This document shows, piece by piece, positions 19,673-27,844 of a stretch of 64,000 nt of DNA. The position numbers and the translations under genes were made by a program. This DNA is from an uncultured Clostridia bacterium (GTDB lineage Bacteria > Bacillota > Clostridia > TANB77 > CAG-465): positions 483 to 64,482 of the forward strand of contig CALXEQ010000001.1 in the NCBI GenBank assembly GCA_944387375.1, in the 5' to 3' direction. Positions within the stretch are counted from its first letter, which is position 1. Each line of letters opens with the position of its first letter. The notes under the pieces are model-generated. The model did not search any database and was not told the DNA's origin. It saw only the letters and a program-made list of their open reading frames with translations.

Positions 19673-21490
19673 ATGTTTAAGTACAAAAGAGAAATAAATA
19701 ATTACGAACAAGCAAGACAAATTGAATATTCGCTAACGGATAATTCTAAAATATGTTTTTGTACAACAGGTACATTATATACAAAGAAGCCATATCATGG
19801 AATGTATATAAAAAATGGAAGAGTTTTACTAGAAAATATTGTAGAAACTTTTGATATAGATGGAAATACATATAGAATGGTAGAAATTGATACAAATTCA
19901 AAAGAGATGAATACAAAAGAATATTTAACAAGTATTGACTTGGAAAAGAATTATTTTGAATATAATTTTTCAGATTTAAATTATTCAAAAAGATTTTCAT
20001 TTGTTGAAAATGAAGGAATATTATGTATAGAATATACTATCAAAAACATGTTAAGGTCTAATGTTAAGTTTAAAGTTATTCCACTAATAACATATAGAGA
20101 TTTTTATAATATGAAAAATAACAGTATGTTAAAATTTAATCAAAGAGATACAGATGATGGTACATTTATTTCAATTAGTGTTTTAAAACAAGAAAATTTA
20201 GCATTAAAATCAGATAAAATGAATTGGGTAGCAGATAATAATGTATTAAGAGGAGTAAAGCATGAGCTTGTAAATACAGATTTAAAAAAAGAAATATATT
20301 TTGAAGACTTAGCAATATGTGGGCATTTTGAAGCAGATATTAAGGGCCTTAGTGAGACAAAGTTATATGTATTTTGTTCATGTAAAGAATTTAATTTAGA
20401 AAATATAAATGTATTATATGTGTTTAATAATATAGAAACTAGAAATAAAAATGCTACATTTGATGTAGATGATAGTTTTATAGAATTACAAGATTTAGCA
20501 AAATCAATGATTAACTCAAATATGAAAGACAGAATGATTACTTCTCTTCCATATTCAAGATTTTTTGATAGTAAATATATAAATTTAATACATTCACTAA
20601 ATGATAAAGAGTTGGAAAAAGATATAGAAGAGCTTATAGATATAGTTCGTGCAGTAGAAGGTAAATATTTATATTTTAAACGAGTAAAAGAAGCAAAAGT
20701 TACTGTTTTAAATGTGTATAAAATAATAAAAGAGTTATCTAAAATAGAACTTAAAGATGAGTTAAAAGAAAAATACAATATTTTAAGATTATGGTATATT
20801 GAAGCTGTAAATAGAATTCTTCAAAAAGAAGGAAGAATAGAGCTTTATATGGATTCGATAAAAGAGATTTTATATAATTTAATAGAGCCAGAAAATAGAG
20901 CTACTTGTTTTAAGTCAATAGAGGTTACAGCTTTAATGCTTAATGCGATTAAGGTATATTTAAATATATTAACTTGGATAGGTGATACGGACAAGCAATT
21001 TGAAATACAAGAAACTTATTTTAAAAATTTAATAGAAAATGAGTTTTGGATTAAAGAAAAGAATATAATGAAAAGAAGAATTGACGAAGAGGAGTCATAT
21101 GCAAATATTGAAATGATTTATACTTTAAGTCTATCTTTTCCTTGTGTAAGTGATGATATTCCAAATAAGTTATTAGACTCTATATTTAAAGAGTTATATA
21201 CACCATATGGACTTAGAACTATTTCTAAGTATTCACCTAATTATGATGGACTTATATATCCTAAATATATGGCACATTTTATAAAAGCTAACTTAAGACT
21301 TACAGGAATAACAAGAGCCTCTCAAAAAATAGCATATAATCTTGTTAAAGAATTATTACAAGATGTGGGAAAATATGTAAATGGTGGCACAAAAAAAGTT
21401 TATAGTGAAAAAGGCGTATCTATAGATGGTATGAGTTATGATATACTTACAAATGCTGAAATGGTAAGGTTATATCATATGTTTATGTAG
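19673..21490 (+). CDS. Hypothetical protein, divergent glycogen-debranching-enzyme-like (GDE_N_bis-like N-terminus)
   Basis: The N-terminal pattern TDNSKICFCTTGTLYTKKPYHGMYI resembles the TNGLGGYASSTI...RKYHGLL signature of bacterial/archaeal GDE N-termini, but the GG is lost. Catalytic motifs could not be recognised. Confidence 0.35.
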   Translation: MFKYKREINNYEQARQIEYSLTDNSKICFCTTGTLYTKKPYHGMYIKNGRVLLENIVETFDIDGNTYRMVEIDTNSKEMNTKEYLTSIDLEKNYFEYNFSDLNYSKRFSFVENEGILCIEYTIKNMLRSNVKFKVIPLITYRDFYNMKNNSMLKFNQRDTDDGTFISISVLKQENLALKSDKMNWVADNNVLRGVKHELVNTDLKKEIYFEDLAICGHFEADIKGLSETKLYVFCSCKEFNLENINVLYVFNNIETRNKNATFDVDDSFIELQDLAKSMINSNMKDRMITSLPYSRFFDSKYINLIHSLNDKELEKDIEELIDIVRAVEGKYLYFKRVKEAKVTVLNVYKIIKELSKIELKDELKEKYNILRLWYIEAVNRILQKEGRIELYMDSIKEILYNLIEPENRATCFKSIEVTALMLNAIKVYLNILTWIGDTDKQFEIQETYFKNLIENEFWIKEKNIMKRRIDEEESYANIEMIYTLSLSFPCVSDDIPNKLLDSIFKELYTPYGLRTISKYSPNYDGLIYPKYMAHFIKANLRLTGITRASQKIAYNLVKELLQDVGKYVNGGTKKVYSEKGVSIDGMSYDILTNAEMVRLYHMFM

Positions 21491-21505
21491 TATGGGAGAA
21501 AAATT

Positions 21506-21979
21506 ATGGTTAAGATAATATATTATTTAATTCCTTATGTTATAGCTTTATTTACTGTTATAATTTTTGGCTATTTAAAAAATAAAAAATATAATAATAT
21601 GTCTCAAGATAAAAAAGAGATAATAGATAAATCTAAAAATAAAGTAAAAAAGGTATCAATTGTATTTAATTGCATTATTTTTATAGTCATGTTTATATCA
21701 CTTGTATTTTTAATTGAAGCTATTGTTGATGCATATGAAGAGACAAATAATATAAGAAACTTTACATTAAATTCAGTATTGGCAATACAAGTTGATGAAA
21801 ACGGTAATCTTGTAACAAGTTTACCTACAATGGGCAGTGATACGCCGTTATATTCTCCAGCAACATTTACTTTACTTTTAATAATTGGTATTATTATTAT
21901 AAAAAATATTGTTACAAACATATTAATGCTTAATAATTTAGATGAAAAGCAAGAAAAAATTGTAAAAGAACATAATTAA
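21506..21979 (+). CDS. Hypothetical small membrane protein
   Basis: 157-aa ORF with several hydrophobic helices and SD gggag. No recognisable family. Confidence 0.4.
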   Translation: MVKIIYYLIPYVIALFTVIIFGYLKNKKYNNMSQDKKEIIDKSKNKVKKVSIVFNCIIFIVMFISLVFLIEAIVDAYEETNNIRNFTLNSVLAIQVDENGNLVTSLPTMGSDTPLYSPATFTLLLIIGIIIIKNIVTNILMLNNLDEKQEKIVKEHN

Positions 21980-22103
21980 GGAAATGTAGCATATTTAATT
22001 ATACTGTTTATAGTAATTTTTATATTAACTAGATTTATAATGCTTGGATTTATGAGAATAAGTTAAAATTAAGTTTTATATGTTTTTATATAAGGGGGAG
22101 ATT

Positions 22104-22664
22104 ATGGATATAATATTATTGTTATTTGTTTGTCCTATAGTATCAGCTGTTGTAATTATTATAACAATTGTTAATCATGTTTTATTAAAAAAAGAAAATA
22201 AAGATATAATTGAAAAAGCAAAAAAATTAGATTTTGTTAAGCGTATAAATAAATACGTTAAAATATTGTTAATAGTATATTTAGTATTTTTTATAGGGAT
22301 TTATGCATTGAACGTAATAAATGAAATGTATATTAGACAAAATGATATAAATGATAGTAATGAATTAGAAGATTTACCACCAGCTCTTCAAGATGTTATT
22401 AATTATACTAATACAGATGATAGATATATATATGAATCATTAATTACAGTAATTCAATTTTTTATATTAATATATGTACCTACTAGAGTAATTGCAAATA
22501 TAATATTAATTATAAAGTTATCTAGTAATAAAAATTTAAATGAGAATGAAAAAAGTATTATTAAAAAATATTATACATATAAAATGATAATTAATATTTG
22601 TTTGGGATTTATTATTTTTGGCGCTGTATCTATGATTAGGTTTATTTCATCATGGGCTGGTTGA
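22104..22664 (+). CDS. Hypothetical membrane protein
   Basis: Multi-TM ORF. Start set at the ATG at 22104 after the aagggggag SD. Confidence 0.4.
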   Translation: MDIILLLFVCPIVSAVVIIITIVNHVLLKKENKDIIEKAKKLDFVKRINKYVKILLIVYLVFFIGIYALNVINEMYIRQNDINDSNELEDLPPALQDVINYTNTDDRYIYESLITVIQFFILIYVPTRVIANIILIIKLSSNKNLNENEKSIIKKYYTYKMIINICLGFIIFGAVSMIRFISSWAG

Positions 22665-22702
22665 TAAAAGTTTAGAAAATATATTCTTAGAAAAGAAAGG
22701 AG

Positions 22703-22748
22703 TATATGATATATATTTTTTTAGTATATATCATAAACGTATTATGGT
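22703..22748 (+). CDS. 14-codon upstream ORF (MIYIFLVYIINVLW) overlapping the ruvC start
   Basis: Strong SD aaaggag 5-6 nt upstream of the ATG at 22703. Its TAA stop overlaps the ruvC ATG (ttATGGTAAta). ruvC itself has no SD. Confidence 0.3.
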
Positions 22749-23385
22749 AATACTTGGTATTGATCCAGGATTTGGAAGAATAGGTTATGGGATAATAAAT
22801 TTTAGTAATAATCAATATAAAATAGTGGAATATGGATGTATTACTACACCCGAAAATAGTTATTTTCCCAAAAGACTTAACAAAATAGAGGAAGATTTAG
22901 AAACAATTCTTTTAAGGCATAAAAATATTGATGTTGCATCTATTGAAGATTTATATTTTAATACCAATACTACAACAGCTATTAAAGTTGCACAAGCAAG
23001 AGGTGTTATATTGAATACTTTATCTAAACATAATATAGATATATACGAATATACACCAATTCAGGCAAAACAAGCAATAGTGGGATATGGTAGAGCAAAT
23101 AAACATCAGGTAATGGAGATGTTAAAAAGATTTTTAAAACTTGAAAATATGCCAAAACTTGATGATACAGCAGATGCGTTAGCTCTTGCTATTTGTCATA
23201 CTCAGTATAATAGATATATCGAGTTTGATGGTACAGATAAAAGTAAGAAGAAAAATTATACTAAGCTTGAAGAAATATATATAAAAGAATCTCAAAAAGA
23301 TAAAGAATTATTAAAAAAAAGAGATCAGATGATAAAAAAAGCTATAGAAAAAGAAAAGAAACAAAGAGTAATAAAAAATATATAA
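22744..23385 (+). CDS. ruvC: Crossover junction endodeoxyribonuclease RuvC with a K/E-rich C-terminal extension
   Basis: MVILGIDPGFGRIGYGII matches the RuvC N-terminus, including the catalytic Asp. An extra K/E-rich tail of about 45 aa follows. Confidence 0.85.
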   Translation: MVILGIDPGFGRIGYGIINFSNNQYKIVEYGCITTPENSYFPKRLNKIEEDLETILLRHKNIDVASIEDLYFNTNTTTAIKVAQARGVILNTLSKHNIDIYEYTPIQAKQAIVGYGRANKHQVMEMLKRFLKLENMPKLDDTADALALAICHTQYNRYIEFDGTDKSKKKNYTKLEEIYIKESQKDKELLKKRDQMIKKAIEKEKKQRVIKNI

Positions 23386-23411
23386 AGTAACAAATAAATA
23401 TAAAAAAACAT

Positions 23412-23449
23412 AAAATACACTAACTGTAAAGTGGGAGGTGTATTTTTTT
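23412..23449 (+). terminator. Hairpin plus T-run after ruvC that encloses the SD of the next gene
   Basis: aaaatacac ... gtgtatttt is a 9-bp stem with a 17-nt loop containing gggagg, followed by TTTTTTT and then the ATG at 23450. Confidence 0.35.
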
Positions 23450-24316
23450 ATGGAATTAGGATTAGCTTTAAGTGGTGGAGGCGTAAAGGGAGCAGCACAT
23501 ATTGGAGTAATAAAAGCTTTAGAAGAGGCAGGAATAAAAATAACTTCGATATCTGGAACAAGTAGTGGTAGTATTGTAGCTGTACTTTATGCTTGTGGAT
23601 ACTTACCAAATGAAATATATTATATATTTAAAAAATATTGTAAGTATATAACAGATTATGATAAATTAATTCCATTTAAACTACTTGGAACGTTATTTAC
23701 AGGCAAAATAAAATTAAAATCTTTAGCAAAGGGAGAAAATATTGAATATATAATACATAATATGTGCTATAAAAAGGGTAAGATAGATATTTGTCAGTTA
23801 AATATTCCATGTGCGGTTGCTACAGTAGATGTAATAGATGGAAAAATCGTATATTTTTGTAGTAGAAAAGCAAATAGAAATACTACATATTATGATGATA
23901 TACCAGAGATTATATATGGTGGAAGGTTATCTAGTATAGTAAGAGCAAGTACAGCTTTTCCTGCTGCTTTTTCACCTAAAAAAATTGGTAACCATTTACT
24001 TATTGATGGAGGAACACGTGTAAATAGTCCTGTTACTATATTAAAGGATATAAGGGAGAAAAATGAAAAAATTTTAGTTGCATATTTTGAAAAGATAGAC
24101 AATAATAGAGCACCTTCTAATATAATAGATACAGCCCTTAAGTCTTTTGATATTATGGGTCATGAAATAAATGAATGGCAAATAAAACAAGCAGATTATA
24201 TGATAGATATAGAAAGTAGAAATGTATCACTTCTTGATATTACTAAAATAGATTATATGGTAACATTAGGATATAGGACTACTAAAAAATATTTATATGA
24301 ACACGGTATTGTTTAA
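23450..24316 (+). CDS. Patatin-like phospholipase
   Basis: [12 protein letters not shown] oxyanion motif and GTSSGS (GxSxG) nucleophile elbow. The ATG at 23450 was preferred over the track GTG at 23438. Confidence 0.8.
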   Translation: MELGLALSGGGVKGAAHIGVIKALEEAGIKITSISGTSSGSIVAVLYACGYLPNEIYYIFKKYCKYITDYDKLIPFKLLGTLFTGKIKLKSLAKGENIEYIIHNMCYKKGKIDICQLNIPCAVATVDVIDGKIVYFCSRKANRNTTYYDDIPEIIYGGRLSSIVRASTAFPAAFSPKKIGNHLLIDGGTRVNSPVTILKDIREKNEKILVAYFEKIDNNRAPSNIIDTALKSFDIMGHEINEWQIKQADYMIDIESRNVSLLDITKIDYMVTLGYRTTKKYLYEHGIV

Positions 24317-24353
24317 AAAAGAGAATTATTTGCGTTTTTTCCTCGAAAATGCT

Positions 24354-24381
24354 TGTAAAAATTAGAAAAAAAATATATAAT
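24354..24381 (+). promoter_or_regulatory. Sigma-A promoter upstream of guaB (TTGTAA-16-TATAAT)
   Basis: ttgtaa at 24354-24359 and tataat at 24376-24381. The leader is short, with no room for a purine riboswitch. Confidence 0.5.
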
Positions 24382-24414
24382 ATACCTACATATTTATATA
24401 GAAGGAGGATAAAA

Positions 24415-25911
24415 ATGAGTAAAATATTATCAGACATCTCAAGAACATTTAGTGAGTTTTTATTATTACCAAATTTAACTACAGAAAAATGTATTCCTGA
24501 GAATGTATCATTAAAAACACCAATAGTAAAATTTAAGAAAAATGAAGAACCAAAGTTATGTGCAAATATTCCTATGGTTTCTGCAATTATGCAATCTGTT
24601 TCTGGTGAAGAAATGGGGGTAGCACTTGCAAGAGAAGGAGGAATTGCGTTTATCTTTGGTTCTCAATCTATTGAGTCACAAGCAAAGATGGTTGAAAATG
24701 TTAAGAAAAATAAAGCTGGATTTGTAATAAGTGATTCTAATGTTACACCAGACGCTACATTAAGAGATGTAGTAGAGCTTGTTGAGCAAACAGGACACTC
24801 TACTGTAATGATTACAGATGATGGAACTGCAAATGGAAAATTCTTAGGTCTAGTTACAGATAAAGATTATAGACTTTCAAGAGATAATTTAGATGAAAAA
24901 ATAGAAAAATTTATGAATCGTAAAGAAAACTTGGTTTATGCAGATGAAGGCATAACACTTAAAGAGGCAAATGATAGAATTTGGGAAAATAAAATAAGTT
25001 GTCTACCTATACTAGATAAAGAAGGCAACTTAAAATTTTTAGTGTTTAGAAAAGATTATGAAGATAGAAAAAATAATTCTAATTCACTACTAGATGAAGA
25101 AAAAAGATATGTAGTAGGGGCTGGTATTAATACTCGTGATTATGAAAAAAGAATACCTGCACTTGTTGATGCTGGAGTAGATATTTTATGTATTGATTCA
25201 TCTGATGGATATTCAGTTTGGCAAAAAAATACAATAGATTTTGTTAGACAAAAATATGGTGATGATGTAAAAATTGGTGCAGGAAATGTTGTAGATGCAC
25301 AAGGATTTAGATATCTTGCAGATGCTGGTGCTGACTTTGTTAAAGTAGGTGTAGGTGGAGGCTCTATCTGTATTACACGTGAGACTAAAGGTATAGGTAG
25401 AGGACAAGCTAGTGCATTAATTGATGTAGTAGCAGAAAGAGATAAATATTTCGAGGAGACAGGTGTATATATACCAGTATGTTCAGATGGTGGTATAGTA
25501 CACGATTATCATATAACGCTTGCTTTGGCACTTGGAGCAGATTTTGTAATGATGGGAAGATATTTTGCAAGGTTTGATGAAAGTCCAACAAGAGTTGTAA
25601 AGAAAAACGGAAGCTTTTATAAAGAATATTGGGGTGAAGGCTCAAATAGAGCAAGAAACTGGCAAAGATATGATATGGGTGGAAGTAAAACTAAACTTGC
25701 CTTTGAAGAGGGCGTTGACTCATATATTCCATATGCTGGTACTTTAAAAGAAAACTTATCAATAACATTAGATAAGATAAAGTCTACTATGTGTAATTGT
25801 GGTTCTATAACAATTAAAGAGCTACATGAAAATGCAAGACTTACTTTAGTATCTAATGTAAGTATTCGTGAAGGTGGAGCACATGATGTAATAACTAAGG
25901 ATATTGAATAA
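24415..25911 (+). CDS. guaB: IMP dehydrogenase family protein (with a CBS pair)
   Basis: [22 protein letters not shown] resembles the IMPDH N-terminus. [23 protein letters not shown] catalytic-loop region. Lies upstream of guaA. SD aggagg precedes the ATG at 24415. Confidence 0.8.
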   Translation: MSKILSDISRTFSEFLLLPNLTTEKCIPENVSLKTPIVKFKKNEEPKLCANIPMVSAIMQSVSGEEMGVALAREGGIAFIFGSQSIESQAKMVENVKKNKAGFVISDSNVTPDATLRDVVELVEQTGHSTVMITDDGTANGKFLGLVTDKDYRLSRDNLDEKIEKFMNRKENLVYADEGITLKEANDRIWENKISCLPILDKEGNLKFLVFRKDYEDRKNNSNSLLDEEKRYVVGAGINTRDYEKRIPALVDAGVDILCIDSSDGYSVWQKNTIDFVRQKYGDDVKIGAGNVVDAQGFRYLADAGADFVKVGVGGGSICITRETKGIGRGQASALIDVVAERDKYFEETGVYIPVCSDGGIVHDYHITLALALGADFVMMGRYFARFDESPTRVVKKNGSFYKEYWGEGSNRARNWQRYDMGGSKTKLAFEEGVDSYIPYAGTLKENLSITLDKIKSTMCNCGSITIKELHENARLTLVSNVSIREGGAHDVITKDIE

Positions 25912-25923
25912 GGAGTAGTACTC

Positions 25924-27459
25924 ATGGAAAAAGAAGAAATTTTAATAATAGATTTTGGTGGACAATATAACCAATTAATCGCAAGAAGAGTTCGTGAAAA
26001 AAATGTATATTGTGAAGTTGTACCAAACACAATATCAATTGAAAAAATAAAAGAGAAAAATCCTAAAGGAATAATTTTTACAGGTGGACCATCAAGTATA
26101 TATGAAACTAATGCACCAAAATGTGATAGTCAAGTATTTGAACTTGATATACCAATTCTTGGAATTTGTTATGGAATGCAATTTATGGCATATACTCTTG
26201 GAGGAGAAGTTAAAAAAGCAACTAAAAGAGAGTATGGACAAATGGAAGTAGATTTGGATAACAACTCAAAGTTATTTAAAGGATTTAAAAATAGCAATAT
26301 TTGCCTTATGAGCCATACAGATTATGTAGATAGTGTACCTGAAGGATTTGAAAAAATAGCAAAAAGTAATACTTGTAAAATTGCAGCAATGGAGAATAAA
26401 AGCAAGAATTTTTATGGTGTGCAGTTTCATCCAGAAGTAAATCATACAATTGATGGAGACAAAATAATTGAAAATTTTGTAATAGATATTTGTGGATGCA
26501 AAGGCTTATGGAAAATGGATTATTTTACAAAGACAACAATAGAAAAGCTAAAAGAGAAAATAAAGGATAAAAAAGCATTATGTGCTTTATCTGGTGGCGT
26601 TGATTCTTCTGTTGCAGCAGTACTTTTATCTAAAGCTATAGGTAATAATTTAACTTGTATATTTGTAGATCATGGTCTTCTTAGAAAAAATGAAGTAGAA
26701 GAAGTAGAAAAAATATTTACAGAAAAATTTGATGTAAATTTTGTAAAAGTAGATGCTAAAGAAAGATTTTTAAATAAGCTTAAAGGAGTAACATCTCCAG
26801 AGAAAAAAAGAAAAATAATAGGAGAAGAATTTATACGAGTATTTGAAGAAGAAGCTAAAAAGATAGGAAAAGTAGATTATCTTGTTCAAGGAACTATTTA
26901 TCCAGATGTAATTGAAAGTGGTCTTGGAAAAAGCTCAGTAATAAAAAGCCATCATAATGTTGGTGGACTTCCAGACTATGTAGATTTTAAAGAAATAGTT
27001 GAGCCATTAAGAGATCTATTTAAAGATGAGGTAAGAAAAGTAGGAAAAGAGGTAGGGCTACCAGATTATTTAGTAAATAGACAGCCTTTTCCAGGTCCTG
27101 GTCTTGCAATTAGAATTATAGGAGATATAACAGAAGAAAAATTAGATATTTTAAAAGAAGCTGACTATATATTTAGAGATGAGATTAGTAAGAATAATTT
27201 AGATAAAAGTTTAAGTCAATATTTTGCTGTCTTAACAGATACACGTTCTGTAGGAGTTATGGGAGATGAAAGAACATATGACTATATGGTAGCATTAAGA
27301 GCAGTTATAACAGATGACTTTATGACTGCAAAATTTGCAAAAATTCCATATGAGATATTAGATAAAATATCTAAAAGAATTGTTAATGAAGTTGAGCATG
27401 TAAATAGAATAGTTTATGATATAACATCTAAGCCTCCTGCAACTATTGAATGGGAATAA
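25924..27459 (+). CDS. guaA: GMP synthase (glutamine-hydrolysing)
   Basis: GATase class I domain with ICYGMQ. ATP-PPase SGGVDSSV motif. 511 aa. Confidence 0.92.
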   Translation: MEKEEILIIDFGGQYNQLIARRVREKNVYCEVVPNTISIEKIKEKNPKGIIFTGGPSSIYETNAPKCDSQVFELDIPILGICYGMQFMAYTLGGEVKKATKREYGQMEVDLDNNSKLFKGFKNSNICLMSHTDYVDSVPEGFEKIAKSNTCKIAAMENKSKNFYGVQFHPEVNHTIDGDKIIENFVIDICGCKGLWKMDYFTKTTIEKLKEKIKDKKALCALSGGVDSSVAAVLLSKAIGNNLTCIFVDHGLLRKNEVEEVEKIFTEKFDVNFVKVDAKERFLNKLKGVTSPEKKRKIIGEEFIRVFEEEAKKIGKVDYLVQGTIYPDVIESGLGKSSVIKSHHNVGGLPDYVDFKEIVEPLRDLFKDEVRKVGKEVGLPDYLVNRQPFPGPGLAIRIIGDITEEKLDILKEADYIFRDEISKNNLDKSLSQYFAVLTDTRSVGVMGDERTYDYMVALRAVITDDFMTAKFAKIPYEILDKISKRIVNEVEHVNRIVYDITSKPPATIEWE

Positions 27460-27489
27460 AAAATATGGGTAATTTACCCATATTTTTTG
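27460..27489 (+). terminator. Rho-independent terminator after guaA
   Basis: Perfect palindrome aatatgggtaa / ttacccatatt followed by a TTTTTT run. Confidence 0.75.
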
Positions 27490-27516
27490 TATGTAAAGTA
27501 AAATCAATGAATTTTC

Positions 27517-27545
27517 TTTACAAAATTTACATAAAGTGGTATAAT
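27517..27545 (+). promoter_or_regulatory. Strong sigma-A promoter with extended -10 (TTTACA-17-TGgTATAAT) driving the 27.8-33.4 kb operon
   Basis: tttaca at 27517-27522, a 17-nt spacer ending in tgg, and tataat at 27540-27545. Confidence 0.6.
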
Positions 27546-27616
27546 TTACTTGCGTTAAAAATATAAAACTTATAATATTAATATATTATTTGGAAGGAGG
27601 AATGATATGAATATTG

Positions 27617-27676
27617 AAAAAGGAGACAGTTTAATTATGCATTTTAAACAAATTTTAGCAGTATAAAGAAAAAATA
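27617..27676 (+). CDS. 19-codon leader ORF (MNIEKGDSLIMHFKQILAV) in the 5' leader of the operon
   Basis: Near-perfect SD ggaaggagg 6 nt upstream. It lies about 70 nt after the promoter and about 170 nt before the 992-aa gene. Confidence 0.25.
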
Positions 27677-27844
27677 TTAATGTAAATTCATTATAGAATT
27701 AATATCTTAAAGTATATTTAGGATTTATAAAAAAATATTAAATTTACTAAAATATATAAAAGTAATTTAGATAATATTTTATCTTTATTATTTGCTAGTT
27801 CTTCAATGAACTTATTTTAAGTAAATTTATTGGAGGTGTTTTAA

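Noticed and set aside
24349-24414. The track start at 24349 for guaB (MLVKIRKK...).
   Set aside because: It would place the -10 element of the promoter inside the CDS. aggagg-7-ATG at 24415 gives the conserved IMPDH N-terminus.
24317-24414. A purine or guanine riboswitch upstream of guaB.
   Set aside because: The leader between the promoter -10 and the SD is only about 30 nt, too short for a riboswitch aptamer of about 70 nt.
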